A stretch of 59,138 nucleotides of DNA from Octopus bimaculoides (Eukaryota): NCBI RefSeq assembly GCF_001194135.2, contig NC_068981.1, positions 141,030,647 to 141,089,784 on the forward strand, given 5' to 3'. Within the stretch, counting starts at the first letter, position 1, and each line of letters begins with the position of its first letter. This document shows, in pieces, positions 1-12,477 of the stretch. Below the pieces are notes generated by a model. That model was not told where the DNA came from, made no database searches, and saw nothing but the letters and a program-made list of their open reading frames with translations. The position numbers and the translations under genes were made by a program.

Positions 1-63
<63 letters not shown>

Positions 64-97
64 TGACACAGACACACACAAACACACACACACACAC
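1..97. repeat. Compound microsatellite (GA)n-(CAGA)n-(CA)n
   Basis: Directly visible tandem repeats at the window start. Confidence 0.97.
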
Positions 98-665
98 GTA
101 CTTGAATACTGTCACTATATTGGTTTATCTGCTGTAAGTCTGTGTGCATTACGGTTTTGTGTACATAAACGATATTAGAATAAGTCATAATTCCTGAATC
201 CACAAAAAGCTGTATTATTGTAATTCAGGTCTGTACAGACCAATATATCGACTCAAATATATTACATTGCATATTTTATTAACCTCGTATTACTAAAATT
301 AATTTCGCCCTCATTACATCAAATTCAGAAATATGGTAATGTAAACGCATATTGTAATATATGGAATGTGGCTGTATTTTCATTCTGCCGTTTGTACAGC
401 AACTATAAATAATGTATGTCCAAGTGTATGTTTCGTTTTTCATGAATAAGCTGCATAACTTGGGCACTAGTTGAACATCTATATGTTTCGAGATTAACCC
501 GGTGATTATTAGTCGAGATACATTTAGCAGTTTTTCTTCTCACAGAATCACGTCAAAGATTTTATGTCAAAATTTCACGCATTATATGAAAATAACATGT
601 TCAAAGCTTAAATCGATCAGTAGAGTTACAACAGTAATTGAAGATAAATGTATAAATTTTCAAAA

Positions 666-1060
666 CGTGGCTGTGTGGTACAAAGTTTGCTCCCCAACCA
701 CGTGGTTCCGGGTTCAGCCCCACTGCATGGCATTTTGGAGAAGTGTCTTCAACTATAGCCTGTGGCTGACCAATGCTTTTTGAGTGGATCTGGATGACAA
801 AAACTGAAAGAACCCGTGGTGTGTATATGTATGTATATGTAGTTATGTATTTATGTATGCATTTTTGTGTTTGGGTTTGTTTCTCACCACTGCCTGACAA
901 CCGGTATTGGTATGATTGCGTCCCATTAACTTAGCTGTTCGGTAAAGTGACCGAGAGAATAATTGTCAGATTTTAAAAAAGTAAGTATCGTAATTGATTT
1001 GTTCAACTAAAATCTTCAAGACAGTGCCCTAGCTCTAAAGACTGAAACAAGTAAAAGAAT
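666..1060 (+). mobile_element. tRNA-derived SINE (family A), head + internal TATG/TG-rich tract + tail
   Basis: A-box-like TGGCTGTGTGGT and B-box-like GGTTCAGCCCC; tail GACTGAAACAAGTAAAAGAAT; clearly homologous to 25432-25874 and 50371-50530. Confidence 0.85.
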
Positions 1061-2382
1061 GAAATATTTGTATGCGGATGCACCAAAAATTGTTTGCATA
1101 TATGCCTAGTATTATAAAATCAATAACATGATATCAATAGAATCACATATGTATCCGATTTTAGTTAATAATAGTTTATTAGATTCGATGACTTTTCTTT
1201 AGAAGGGAAGGTGTTTATTTCAAGTTAAGCCAGCTGTAAGAAGGAAAATAACGCAACATCATCGATCGTAATGTATGGTAGATATTTTCTTTTAGTTATT
1301 TGGCAAATGTGATTGGATTCTCGTAATGGCGTATAGCAAATTGCTATTTGGTTCGCTTTCGCTTATATCTAATGGGTTTTCGATTAGTATCGTATCAAAC
1401 GAATTCCAAGACACTGTTAAGCTGGATACGCAACTTAAACATGAAATGGTTTCACCAAAAAAATAAAGAACAAGTATCTATCGCTAGGTAGTAATAGCTT
1501 AATGAACAAAAAGAGACGATATGGTTTTGCTGTTTGGACGCTGGTAATTTGTCACGTCGGATAGGGCATTAAAAACATGTTTTAGTGATCACCATTTGGG
1601 TGACTGTAAATTTTGGCACTGGAAGTGACTACAAACACATGCGCGAACAGAATTACACGCATTCAGGTATAAAGAGTGAGTTGGGACATTACATTGCTTG
1701 TAATTGAATAAGAATGATATTAACAAATTTACTTTCATCATGCGCATAAGGATAATTATGCTCAAATACGTAAACTGAGAGAAAGAAAGAAACAAGAAAT
1801 CGATAGGGAGGGAGAGAATGAGATAAGTATTAAAATGTATTAAATGATCAGGTTTACTACAAACATTTCCCCCTCTTAACAAATGAATAAATCACACACA
1901 TCAACAAACAGAATAGGAAGTGGAGAGAGAGAGAGATAGAAGGAGAGGGGATTGGAGAGAGAGAAGGAGAGGGGGTGGGAAAGAGAGAGAGACGTATTTG
2001 AAATTTCTGGGTCATTTGATATATATTTATGCTTCTATCTCTGTTTCTCTCTCTCTCTCGCTATTTATCTCTATCTATCTACATATGTTACTCCGTTTTT
2101 CTAATCACAGTGATTAGATTTATATTCATTGTCAGTTATACTTTGTCAAAAATGTACAGAAACCCATTGTGAGTAAGTATATATTTTCTAAGTTTTTTTC
2201 AATATTTCAAGAACCATCATATATAAAATGATAAAGAAAGCTAAGCTTTAGTAGTCGAGTAGTTTAGGATTTCTGATTATAAGTTAGTTGCCAAACAGAT
2301 AAAACAAATTCACGCACAAAAAAGATCCCTGGTTCAAAACGTCTGATATCAAGTACTTTACGCCGAATTGCCATGACAAATA

Positions 2383-2550
2383 GGCGGAACCAAAACGGTT
2401 GTAGCAAGACGTTTCATACCCTTAATGTGGCAATCTGGCAGTATTTCGTCCATCTTTAGGTTCTGAGGTTAAAATTCGCTGAGGTCGGCTGTGCCTTTTA
2501 TGAGTTTAGGATGAATGAAATAGATACTAGCTGAACACTGGGGTTGATAT
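2383..2550 (+). mobile_element. Degenerate SINE (family B) fragment
   Basis: GGCAGTATTTCGTCCATCTTTAGGTTCTGAGG..AAATTCGCTGAGGTCGGCTGTGCCTTT is similar to 43134-43285. Confidence 0.5.
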
Positions 2551-3997
2551 GAAAGACACCTCTCCCCCGAGAAAGAATTATCATACACTAATATATTTTG
2601 GAAAATGTCTTCGTTTTGATTGCAAAAGTCATACCGTTTCGGCTATTTAAACTTTTCGGCTTTTTTCAGGTGACTGTCGTATTCACTATGTATTTCATAG
2701 ATACAAACTGAACCTTTTATTTTCCCCATATTAGATTTTCTCATTCCATTGTCTATGTTAGGGATATTCTTAAATTAAATATTCTTGCATATGAAATTCA
2801 AGTTGCTTGTTGCACAGATATCAAAGTACACGTAGTTCCATTAATCCATTAATTGAATGCAGGCCTTTCTGCTAAACTACTTGTCTTAATGCTTCACAAT
2901 TAAACCATGCGTGTATTCACTATTTTACTATCACTTTATTTATTTCATGGAAAGATGTTGCTCACCTTTGCTAATAAACTTAATTTTTTATTAGTATTAA
3001 GAATGATCCTCATTATTTTCCTCTGTAAATCTGTCACATCGTATTCATCAACGTGGGCCTATTGAGTATGTTATCACAGCCCAGTATATAGACTGATTCT
3101 TTCAGTATTTTAGCACAGTATTGTCTTTATTATCATGATATAATTCGAGAAAATGTGGTGATACAATATTTGCCATCATAAAGGATCTGCAACAAATGAT
3201 TTCTTTGTATTGTCACTGCTTACAGCACTAGAAACATTTAGAGGCTGGACTGGTGCCACCTTTAAATTCCTTGCCACTCCTGTACTGGATGGAAAGATTT
3301 ACTTCAAGTAAACTGTAAATACCTCATTATCAATAACTTAATTTGTCCTACAAAGCAATGTTAAAAGGAATAGAAGCGTTGGCTCAGTTTTAAATATTGT
3401 AAATTACGTGAGAAATTTGAGTTCGACCTCATTGATCCTTAAATCGATAGATACGCTAGTCGAATTAAAATAAACGAGTGGCATCACTATGTATGAACAA
3501 CCATGAAAATATCCTTGACATGAACAAAATACTGTGAAAAAGACTGAATAACGCGTTCACAACTTTACCTCATACATACATTTTTAAAGAACGCCAAAAG
3601 TACAATGGCTACATACGTTCAGACAATAGCAACTAAAATAGAACCATCTCAAACATTCAGACAACTTGGGTAATGCAATCATGAGTGGAATAGCTACATT
3701 AAAACGTTTCAACGACAATACTAGCATAGTACAACTAGTGAGTAATGAGAAGCAATGTAGACATCGGCGGGGATTGAGCAGATATTACACAGAGCCGGAT
3801 GACACTTCTTCCCGATGCTTTAGTGACTGTGCCAGCACGCCATCCTGTTAGTGAGTAATCGTGAAAATAGATTTACAATTACAAATATGAAATGAAATGA
3901 AATAAAACACTAGACAAGGCTTTATAATAAACATATCATAATCACATGTATAGTTATAAACAATATAAAGCGATTTCCAAGATCTAAAATAAAAACC

Positions 3998-4441
3998 TGC
4001 ATGTTTATTCTCAACACGTCTACGCAGATTCATACGCAAAATATGCTGCTCGCTGAGATGTATGTCTTAGGAAAATAACTAGTCCCTCTTACGACAGTCT
4101 TAGGAAAATAACCAGTCACTCTTACGAGACACACAATTGTCTCAGTGGCGCACGTACTCTGGGAAGCTGATGTTTCACCATATTGTTTCGTGAGCTAGAA
4201 GTAGCCGGAACTGTGAGACTAACTAAATAAGCTGGTTTTATTTATACTTTCGGTGAACAAATTGTTTTCTGATCTTTGCTTATATCTTCCAACAGATAAA
4301 AAACAAAATTGTTATTTGCCACTTCTACAGTGAACTTTAGGATGAATATTTGCATGTTTATTCTTAACACGTTAAAGCAAGTTCAGTTAAAAAATATGCA
4401 GGGCGCTAAATAGTAAGTCTTAAGAGAATAACTTCTCTTAC
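3998..4441 (+). repeat. Diverged ~92-bp direct repeat pair (3998-4092 / 4351-4441) with a 31-bp tandem sub-duplication (4064-4094 / 4097-4127)
   Basis: Both copies start TGCATGTTTATTCTYAACACGT and end GTCTTARGARAATAACT..CTCTTAC; the sub-duplication is 29/31 identical. Confidence 0.75.
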
Positions 4442-4442
4442 A

Positions 4443-5262
4443 CACGGGTGTGTAAACAACGAACAGAAGTATTAATTTAACGCTCGGGAATTGAGAAAGT
4501 CTTTAACGCTTCGAGCCTACGCTTTTCAACAGAAAGGAATAGAGAAATAAACAGAGTGAGTAAATAAAAAATAGTTTTAGTGGCTAGAGATCACTCGTGG
4601 CGAATGCTTGAGAGAGGTGGTCAGACAGGAGATCTAGGAAGAGGGAGAGATAAAAAAGGCAGTAGTGATCCGAAAACGAAGTTGTGCCTGCGTATGTATG
4701 TGAGAGTGTGCATGTAGCATGTGACGGAAAGGTTCGGTGTAGACGAGGGTCCGACGACCCCGGTGCAAAGACAATCCGAACACAGACAAGAGTGGTCAGG
4801 AGAGCGGAAATGACGAGAGACCAGGTTGTCGTGCCGAGTCTGACGTCTAGGTGTTCCGCGCACCGGACAGCCAAGCGGAGTCCCGTTTGACCGATGTACA
4901 GAGAAGGACAGAGAGAGCAGGAGATGCAGTAGATGACGTTGCTAGAATGAAAGAGATGCAGTAGATGATGTTGCAGGTGAAGGAGTCAATGATATCATAG
5001 GGTCGATGATGGGTGCCAGTGAAGATTGTGGTGTTGGAGAGGTAAGGGCAGGTGCAGCATAGTGGGCGGGAACAGGGGAAAGAGCCGGGCTAGGAGGTTG
5101 GGTTAGGGACGAAACTGAGGACTAGGAGGTCACGTAAGTTTTGGGCTCGTTTCAAGGAGAGGAGAGGTCGGGTAGGAAAGATGTATGAAGTGGAGTGTCG
5201 GACTGGAGTCGTTTTCCTTATAAATGTCTTGAAAACTCCTCACAGCCTTGCCTTTGTTATCT
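4443..5262 (-). mobile_element. Penelope-like retroelement 3' part: Cys-rich linker, GIY-YIG endonuclease and pseudo-LTR (decayed)
   Basis: Minus-strand translation PGSFPCSRPLCCTCPYLSNTTIFTGTHHRPYDIIDSFTC..NVIYCISCSLCPSLYIGQTGLRLAVRCAEHL; pLTR motif CTGTTGAAAAGCGTAGGCTCGAAGCGT; the 5' part runs into an N-gap. Confidence 0.9.
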
Positions 5263-5368
5263 CNNNNNNNNNNNNNNNNNNNNNNNNNNNNNNNNNNNNN
5301 NNNNNNNNNNNNNNNNNNNNNNNNNNNNNNNNNNNNNNNNNNNNNNNNNNNNNNNNNNNNNNNNNNNN

Positions 5369-7060
5369 TAGGCGAAAGTTCCAAATTTACAGGGAAAAAT
5401 TCAATTTAATTTATCAAAATTGAATTAAATTTCACAATATATAATATATCAAATACATAATTTAGAGAAAAAACCACAATTATTTAATTCATCCAAGAAA
5501 ATCCACAATCACATTTAGAAAAATTTAATAAGTAAATACACTAAAAAGACCTATAAAAAAAATCAAAATAGTAAAAATGACTACACGTGTTTCATAACCA
5601 AATTTTCAAATAGAAAATAAAAAAAAATCAAATAAAAAATCAAATCGATTCAAAATAAATTATGGCGCATTTAATTCAGCAAACTTAAAGAATTCTTTAC
5701 CACGACAGGTACAGAAAGAAAAGTTGAAAAAATCGACTACATCAATATCAAAGAAGACAATGTAATACAGGCAATAGATGATGGATGTAGACCAAACTCA
5801 GACGCTAGCCAGTGTAGATTTCCAGCAATCTTTCTCAAGTTATGCAAATGAGTACCTGCAAAACTGCTTCAGCTTCATTTATAAATAATAAGTTCCCGGA
5901 CAAATTAAAGTAGGGAATAATATGCCCTTTTCATAAAGAGGAAGCAGAACAGATGCTAACATCCAAAGGCTTATGTTCCTGACTTCACACATCAGCAAAT
6001 TCACGGAACGAATATTCAGAAGGATATTACTTGGATTTCTTGAAGAGAACGACTTGCTGAATGAGTACCAGCACAGTTTTCGACCAGGTACAAGCTGCCT
6101 GACAGAGCTCTTGCAGTATTACGACTGGGTGCAAATGTAGCTGTTTAACAACTCAAATGTGGACTTGTATACCTCAACTTTGCAAAAGCCCTTCACAAAG
6201 TCAACCATAGTATGATATGTCACAAACTGTGTAATCTTGGCACAGTTGGAGACTTGGAAAATGACTACAATACCTTTTAAAAGATAGAAGTCAGGTAGTG
6301 TGGGGCTAATGTGTCCACCTCAAAGGAAACACAGATAATGAGTGGTGTTCGACAAGACACTGTCTTGGGGCCGCCGCTACTCATAGTGGCCCTCTACGAC
6401 ATGCCTTCAGCTGCTCAAGTAGCCATCATTGCTACAGAAGTCTCTCAGAAAATACAGAACCCTGGAGATGTTACGTATCTGTAACCGGCGTCGGACGCAA
6501 AATTCAGGTGGGCTAAGGGAAATAATATGCAGTTTAATGCTAGAAACTTTCAAGCCCTGCGTTACCAACTCACGAACATCAATGAAAAGCAGACGCAGGA
6601 GGAATTGCTAACCCTGAATCAGAAACAGTGACTGAACTGGTCATCGACATGAGTAACGTTTGATCTTTCCAGGTGCATATTACTAAGTTAGCAATAAAAT
6701 GCCGGCGATTAAACAGATGGATCCTTCGAACTTTCAGAACGAGACAAATGGAACCATAATGATTCTCTGGAGGATTTTCTTCCTCATCTGTCTGGATTAC
6801 TTCATCAAACAGTATAAATTTATCGGTGGGTCTCGAGGCGATTCAGTGAAGCTACACGAAGGAGATCGTTTCAATGCGACAGGTCAGCTACTGGAAGACT
6901 GAAAAAGTTATGACTCTACTCCCTAGAACGAAGGTGGGAAAGAAACGCAATAATACACATCTGGAATTCCTAGATCTCTTGCTGTCAAGATTTCAGGATG
7001 ATCCTACCTCACGGAAATATGACACGGATGAGGTCACCCTCGTCGAACACCCTGATTCAC
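5369..7060 (+). mobile_element. CR1/L2-group LINE ORF2 remnant (reverse transcriptase and C-terminus), multiply frameshifted
   Basis: Pieced translation: FPAIFLK..LTSHISKFTERIFRR..LLNEYQHSFRPGTSCLTELL..YLNFAKALHKVNH..SGVRQDTVLGPPLL..WAKGNNMQFNA..RLKKL*LYSLERRWER. RT motifs are clear at 5800-6600; the boundaries are approximate. Confidence 0.88.
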
Positions 7061-7063
7061 CAA

Positions 7064-7066
<3 letters not shown>

Positions 7067-7102
<36 letters not shown>

Positions 7103-7133
7103 CATCATCATTATTATTATTATAATTTTTTTA

Positions 7134-7172
<39 letters not shown>

Positions 7173-7178
7173 TTTTTA

Positions 7179-7242
<64 letters not shown>

Positions 7243-7846
7243 NNNNNNNNNNNNNNNNNNNNNNNNNNNNNNNNNNNNNNNNNNNNNNNNNNNNNNNNNN
7301 NNNNNNNNNNNNNNNNNNNNNNNNNNNNNNNNNNNNNNNNNNNNNNNNNNNNNNNNNNNNNNNNNNNNNNNNNNNNNNNNNNNNNNNNNNNNNNNNNNNN
7401 NNNNNNNNNNNNNNNNNNNNNNNNNNNNNNNNNNNNNNNNNNNNNNNNNNNNNNNNNNNNNNNNNNNNNNNNNNNNNNNNNNNNNNNNNNNNNNNNNNNN
7501 NNNNNNNNNNNNNNNNNNNNNNNNNNNNNNNNNNNNNNNNNNNNNNNNNNNNNNNNNNNNNNNNNNNNNNNNNNNNNNNNNNNNNNNNNNNNNNNNNNNN
7601 NNNNNNNNNNNNNNNNNNNNNNNNNNNNNNNNNNNNNNNNNNNNNNNNNNNNNNNNNNNNNNNNNNNNNNNNNNNNNNNNNNNNNNNNNNNNNNNNNNNN
7701 NNNNNNNNNNNNNNNNNNNNNNNNNNNNNNNNNNNNNNNNNNNNNNNNNNNNNNNNNNNNNNNNNNNNNNNNNNNNNNNNNNNNNNNNNNNNNNNNNNNN
7801 NNNNNNNNNNNNNNNNNNNNNNNNNNNNNNNNNNNNNNNNNNNNNN

Positions 7847-7911
<65 letters not shown>

Positions 7912-7958
7912 CATTATTATTATCATCATCATCATCATTATCATCATCATCATCATCA

Positions 7959-8020
<62 letters not shown>
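7067..8020. repeat. (TAT)n/(CAT)n triplet microsatellite spanning the gap at 7243-7847
   Basis: Directly visible. Confidence 0.95.
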
Positions 8021-8530
8021 GGTAAAGACACCGATTCAACTTTAAATTATACTGGCTCACGAAATGTGTGTTTTGAATATGACGGGGACACTGAAATGTA
8101 AGAACGTACACGGTGTAATGTGATGAATATTTCAGAAATGATTGTAGCATTAAGTGTGGCTGCAGAGCTGAAGTAAGTTTTTCATGCAGAAAGCGAAATC
8201 AATTGATCCTGGAATATACACATTCTTTACTTCTGTAGTTTATACAGCGTAAACATATCTCTGTTACAATTGTTGCATTCACCGTGTGTACTTTAATAGT
8301 GAGTAATTTGTAGTTTTAGAGCGATAGCTATGTTTATAGCAAGTGGTAATTTAATACCCTACTGAGATTTGTTTATATTTTAACTATCACTATGTAAACT
8401 TGCTCTACACTTTATTATTACCATTAATAATATTATTAATAATGGTAATGATACCAATTTAACTTTTTGTATGCATACATATATAAATATATATACAAAT
8501 ATACATGTAAATACATATACTTATAATTAT

Positions 8531-8534
<4 letters not shown>

Positions 8535-8619
<85 letters not shown>

Positions 8620-8620
8620 C

Positions 8621-8660
<40 letters not shown>
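8535..8660. repeat. Compound (TA)n(CA)n(TA)n(TG)n microsatellite
   Basis: Directly visible. Confidence 0.95.
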
Positions 8661-8661
<1 letters not shown>

Positions 8662-9745
8662 CATTTATATAATTATATATAACTATATGCTAATACAAGT
8701 ATATAGTTATTCAGAAATATTACCCAAAGGAGTTAATAGATATAAGAGTAGATAAATTATTCATACCATACGCATGTATTATAATTATGATTTAGGCAGG
8801 TTGGCTCATGTATTCTCTTGAATAGTAGAAATATATGTCCCAAATAATAGCGAAATATATGTCCAATCGAATATATGTTTTTTTGTTGGCAGAACACAGT
8901 CGACGTTCTGACTATTTTATTAAAACTTCTAAACACAAATATACTTTCTTTATCATTGATCTGATGTCTCTATCAATCTCTGTCACCATAACATATTATT
9001 AACTGTCTTATCAATGTATTTCTAATGTTACAGACTGCCAATCTAATAGAGCACTTTCAATTTTGCAAACACTCATACAGCATTCCTTAAATGTTTTCTG
9101 TTTTGTAGCTTTTACATGAATGTAATGTATAGAAATTTCACCTCTACGAAGCCGTGATGTAGGGGCAATGTGTACCGCTTTATGCGTTGTAGTATTGACT
9201 TGCAATGAACAATAGATTCAAGTACACTCATACTTTGTAGTTTCAATACCGGTTTTCCAAAGGCATTGACTACTCCATTCTTAGAATTCTTACATAAATA
9301 GATAGAAAAACGGACAAGTAAATAAATTGTTTCTACTCGAAGACATTTCATAGACATTTTTTATGTTAAAGAGGTCCTCACTTCTACTCTATAGAAGGCA
9401 ACAATCGCATCGTATGAATTTCTCTTGTAGACTTAGGAATATTGGCTTATGTAACTTTGTTGAATTCAGGTTAAAACCAAATTGCTAAAATCATAATTTT
9501 TTTAGGTAAAATATTTAATACCAAATATGTTTTGTCCACTAGGTAAAAATCCCATGCACACTTCTGCTGTAAATATTTTTGAATTGAGTGATGTATGTAA
9601 TTTTCTCTAGACCATTACTGAAAAGTAGATGGGAAGTGATGAAAGCAAAATCAAAGGATCTTGAGTTGACTAATGTGCGATTCATTTTAGTTTTGATTTA
9701 TACGTGAGCAGAAATAATAGGAGTATGGATAAATATACTACGAAG

Positions 9746-9865
9746 GATATTTTGAACTGAGGTTTTAATTTCTTCTCCCTCCTGAGGTAAACAACTTGAG
9801 CTCAAGAATTCAATGTTAGTAAAACAAAATAATTTAATGGCATCCCAACTGCAGCATCATGACAG
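9746..9865. repeat. Left arm of a 120-bp inverted repeat (partner 13853-13972)
   Basis: Exact reverse complement of 13853-13972 except at 9824/13894 and 9831/13887. Confidence 0.97.
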
Positions 9866-11845
9866 ACATCGCATATCTACTTGTTTTGGTCAGCTTAGTT
9901 TAATATCGACTAAATGCACAGGTATCAGAGAAGAATTAAAATCTAATTCATGAAATTTACGTCTTAAAACTTTTAAGAATGTAATGCTGAGTCAAGTTTG
10001 CAGCAGCTTTATGAGTTAATGTTTGTGTACAATGATCGCATACAAATTCTCTCCATGAACTATTAATTATTAATTAATTAGCGTATTTCTAATTATGAAT
10101 ATTGTTATTGAGCTTCATACAGGTCATAAGAAATAGTACTTAATTTGGATTATCTATTATATCATTAATAAATTCAACTAAAGCTGCTTTAAATCTGTAC
10201 AAAAAATATCTCCCATATTTATTTGGCGCATATGTAGTTGTACATTTTCTAAAATATTTTAAAGACTATGTTAATTTCAAATTAAAATTACTTCTACGAC
10301 TAATACCACTGCCTCTGCTACTGCTGCCGCCTCCGCTGCTCCACACCCTGCACTGGCAGTGAATTTTTAACGATATTGCCTTAATCCTGAAGAAATGCAT
10401 TAATTATATACCACCACATATTTTTATTAAGACTTTCCTTTAATTGAATAGTATAGAACCATATTGCATCTTACTGATGATGTTGAACGTTATTGAAACA
10501 GTTACACATGAAATATTTAAAGAAAGAACATTTTATTATAACAATCATTATGCTTTTAGCTCAAGTCTTGAAATTTCTGGAGATGGACATGTCGATTTCA
10601 TCGATTCCAATATTTGACGGGCACATATTAAGTCCGCCAGAAAAGGATGAAATGCAAAAAATCGCCCTCGGTGGAATGTGAACTCACAACGTATACTGAA
10701 ACGAAATGCTGTTAAACATGTCCGCTGTGTTCTACTGTCTTGAAAAATAAATATGCCTGTTGATCCAATGAAAAAACCTTGCAAAACGATTATTTCCCTA
10801 TCCACAAAGGAAAAGAGTAAAACAACTATTTTAAATTGAAAGTAAAAAAGCAATGCAATATTAAAAAAAAATTACATAAGGTGATTATTTCGTTACAAAC
10901 CAACACTGAATATTACTACTCGTGCTTAAGCAAACCGGTTTGTGTTTATAATCAAAGTCGCGTAAAATTGAATTTTACTCGTAAATCAGCTTATTTAGAA
11001 TATAAGATTAACCACGATGTTCTCATACAAAAACAACTTACAATTAATTTACCAAAATAATTGGCATATACGTATTGCGGCTCAAAACGATAGAAGTCTT
11101 TCATTCTAAAGAATAAGATTAAAGGAAATATTTCAAGATGTATTATTTTACATTGAATTTTCTTAGAGAATAAAAACGATCAATGCGTGAGTGGAAATTT
11201 TAATGATCTATATAAGCATGTCTGAAGATGTAAGATATCAATCTACAATAAATTACTGAAATCGTGATCATTTTACTGAGGCTGTACGCCGTATAATGTT
11301 ATCTTTTTGTTGCATGATTCAATGGAGATTAAACAGAAACTAGATTGTAGGTGGCATCTAGTGCTGTGAAATCATATTACACTCAGTTCGCCTATTACTA
11401 TCTTGGAATATTATCTTTTTTGTATTATTTAATTTCCTGTCATTTATTAATTATATAATTAAATAATGACAGGTATTCAATTAGAAAGTAATTCAATAAA
11501 CGAGTTTAAAACGTTCAACTGAGAATTACTTAAAGTTCTTGTACATTTTGAGAAATATATATGAAATATTATAAAAATACAACACTAAAAAAACAGAAAC
11601 ACCATTTCATCATAAAAACGAAACAAAATACATATGTTAGTGATTAGTATTATTCAAGTCGTTTATACACTCTTAATGGATATTTACGTGAAATTAACTT
11701 CCGTTGAGTACATAATTGAGGAAAACGGAAATATACATCTGAATATAACTTAACTAAGTAAAATTCTGCAACAGAAAATCCACTAGAAATAATACATTTC
11801 TAAATCTCTCAAAGAATTTATGTCGTAGCAGCACGATGAAATGAC

Positions 11846-12477
11846 AGTATGTTGTCAACTTAACGTGACAGTCCCATGAAAGGGAGAAATGCTACTGTTA
11901 TTTAGCCCTAGGAAACACTGTTTCCTGTTGGACTTGACGCATTTCCTGTGTCCTTATGTTCTCAAAGTGGAGACAACCACCTCCACTCAGGAAAGCCAGC
12001 ATCCATAGACTAGTTTCAGAGTCATTGTTCATTATCAGTCTGGAGTAGCATTGCCGGCTAAGTACCGATGCCGATCCGCCTTTGAAAGCATATATATTTC
12101 AAGTGAAACACATTCAGTGATTTTTGAAAATAGAAATAATACATTTCTAAATCTCTCACGAGACTGTCACATTACTGCATAAATCTGTATTATTTCCATT
12201 TTCAACTATCAGTGAATGTATTTCACTTGAAATATATATGTTTTCAAAGGCGGATATGCATCGACAGCTAGCAGGCCATGCTACTCCAGACTGATGATGA
12301 GCAATGACTCTGAAACTAGTCTATGGATGCTGGTTTGCTGGATAGAGGTGCTTGTCTCCAATTTGAAAACAAACATAAGGACACAGGAAATGTGTCATGA
12401 AACGATGTTTCCTAGTGTTAAATAGCAGTTACATTCTTCCGTTTCATGGGACTGTTGCATTAAGTTGACAACATACT
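11846..12477. mobile_element. Foldback / MITE-like palindromic element (arms 11846-12143 and 12186-12477, ~42-nt loop)
   Basis: Arms are complementary along their length, e.g. CATCCATAGACTAGTTTCAGAGTCATTG / CAATGACTCTGAAACTAGTCTATGGATG; possible TA target duplication at 11848-9 and 12474-5. Confidence 0.8.

Noticed and set aside
5401-5640. Strongly G-poor, A-rich stretch suggesting hypermutation of the LINE
   Set aside because: It lies next to an assembly gap, and A-rich LINE linkers or low-quality contig ends explain it equally well.
8021-8172. Cys-rich two-exon model (..NVCFEYDGDTEI|NDCSIKCGCRAE)
   Set aside because: The implied intron (8098-8135) is only 38 nt and the upstream exon has no acceptor outside the microsatellite.
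10493-10853. ORFs 10493-10681 and 10548-10853, and a faint IS5/Harbinger-like IDS..RAH motif in the third frame
   Set aside because: Stops interrupt the motif, no further DDE residues are recognisable, and the similarity is at chance level.
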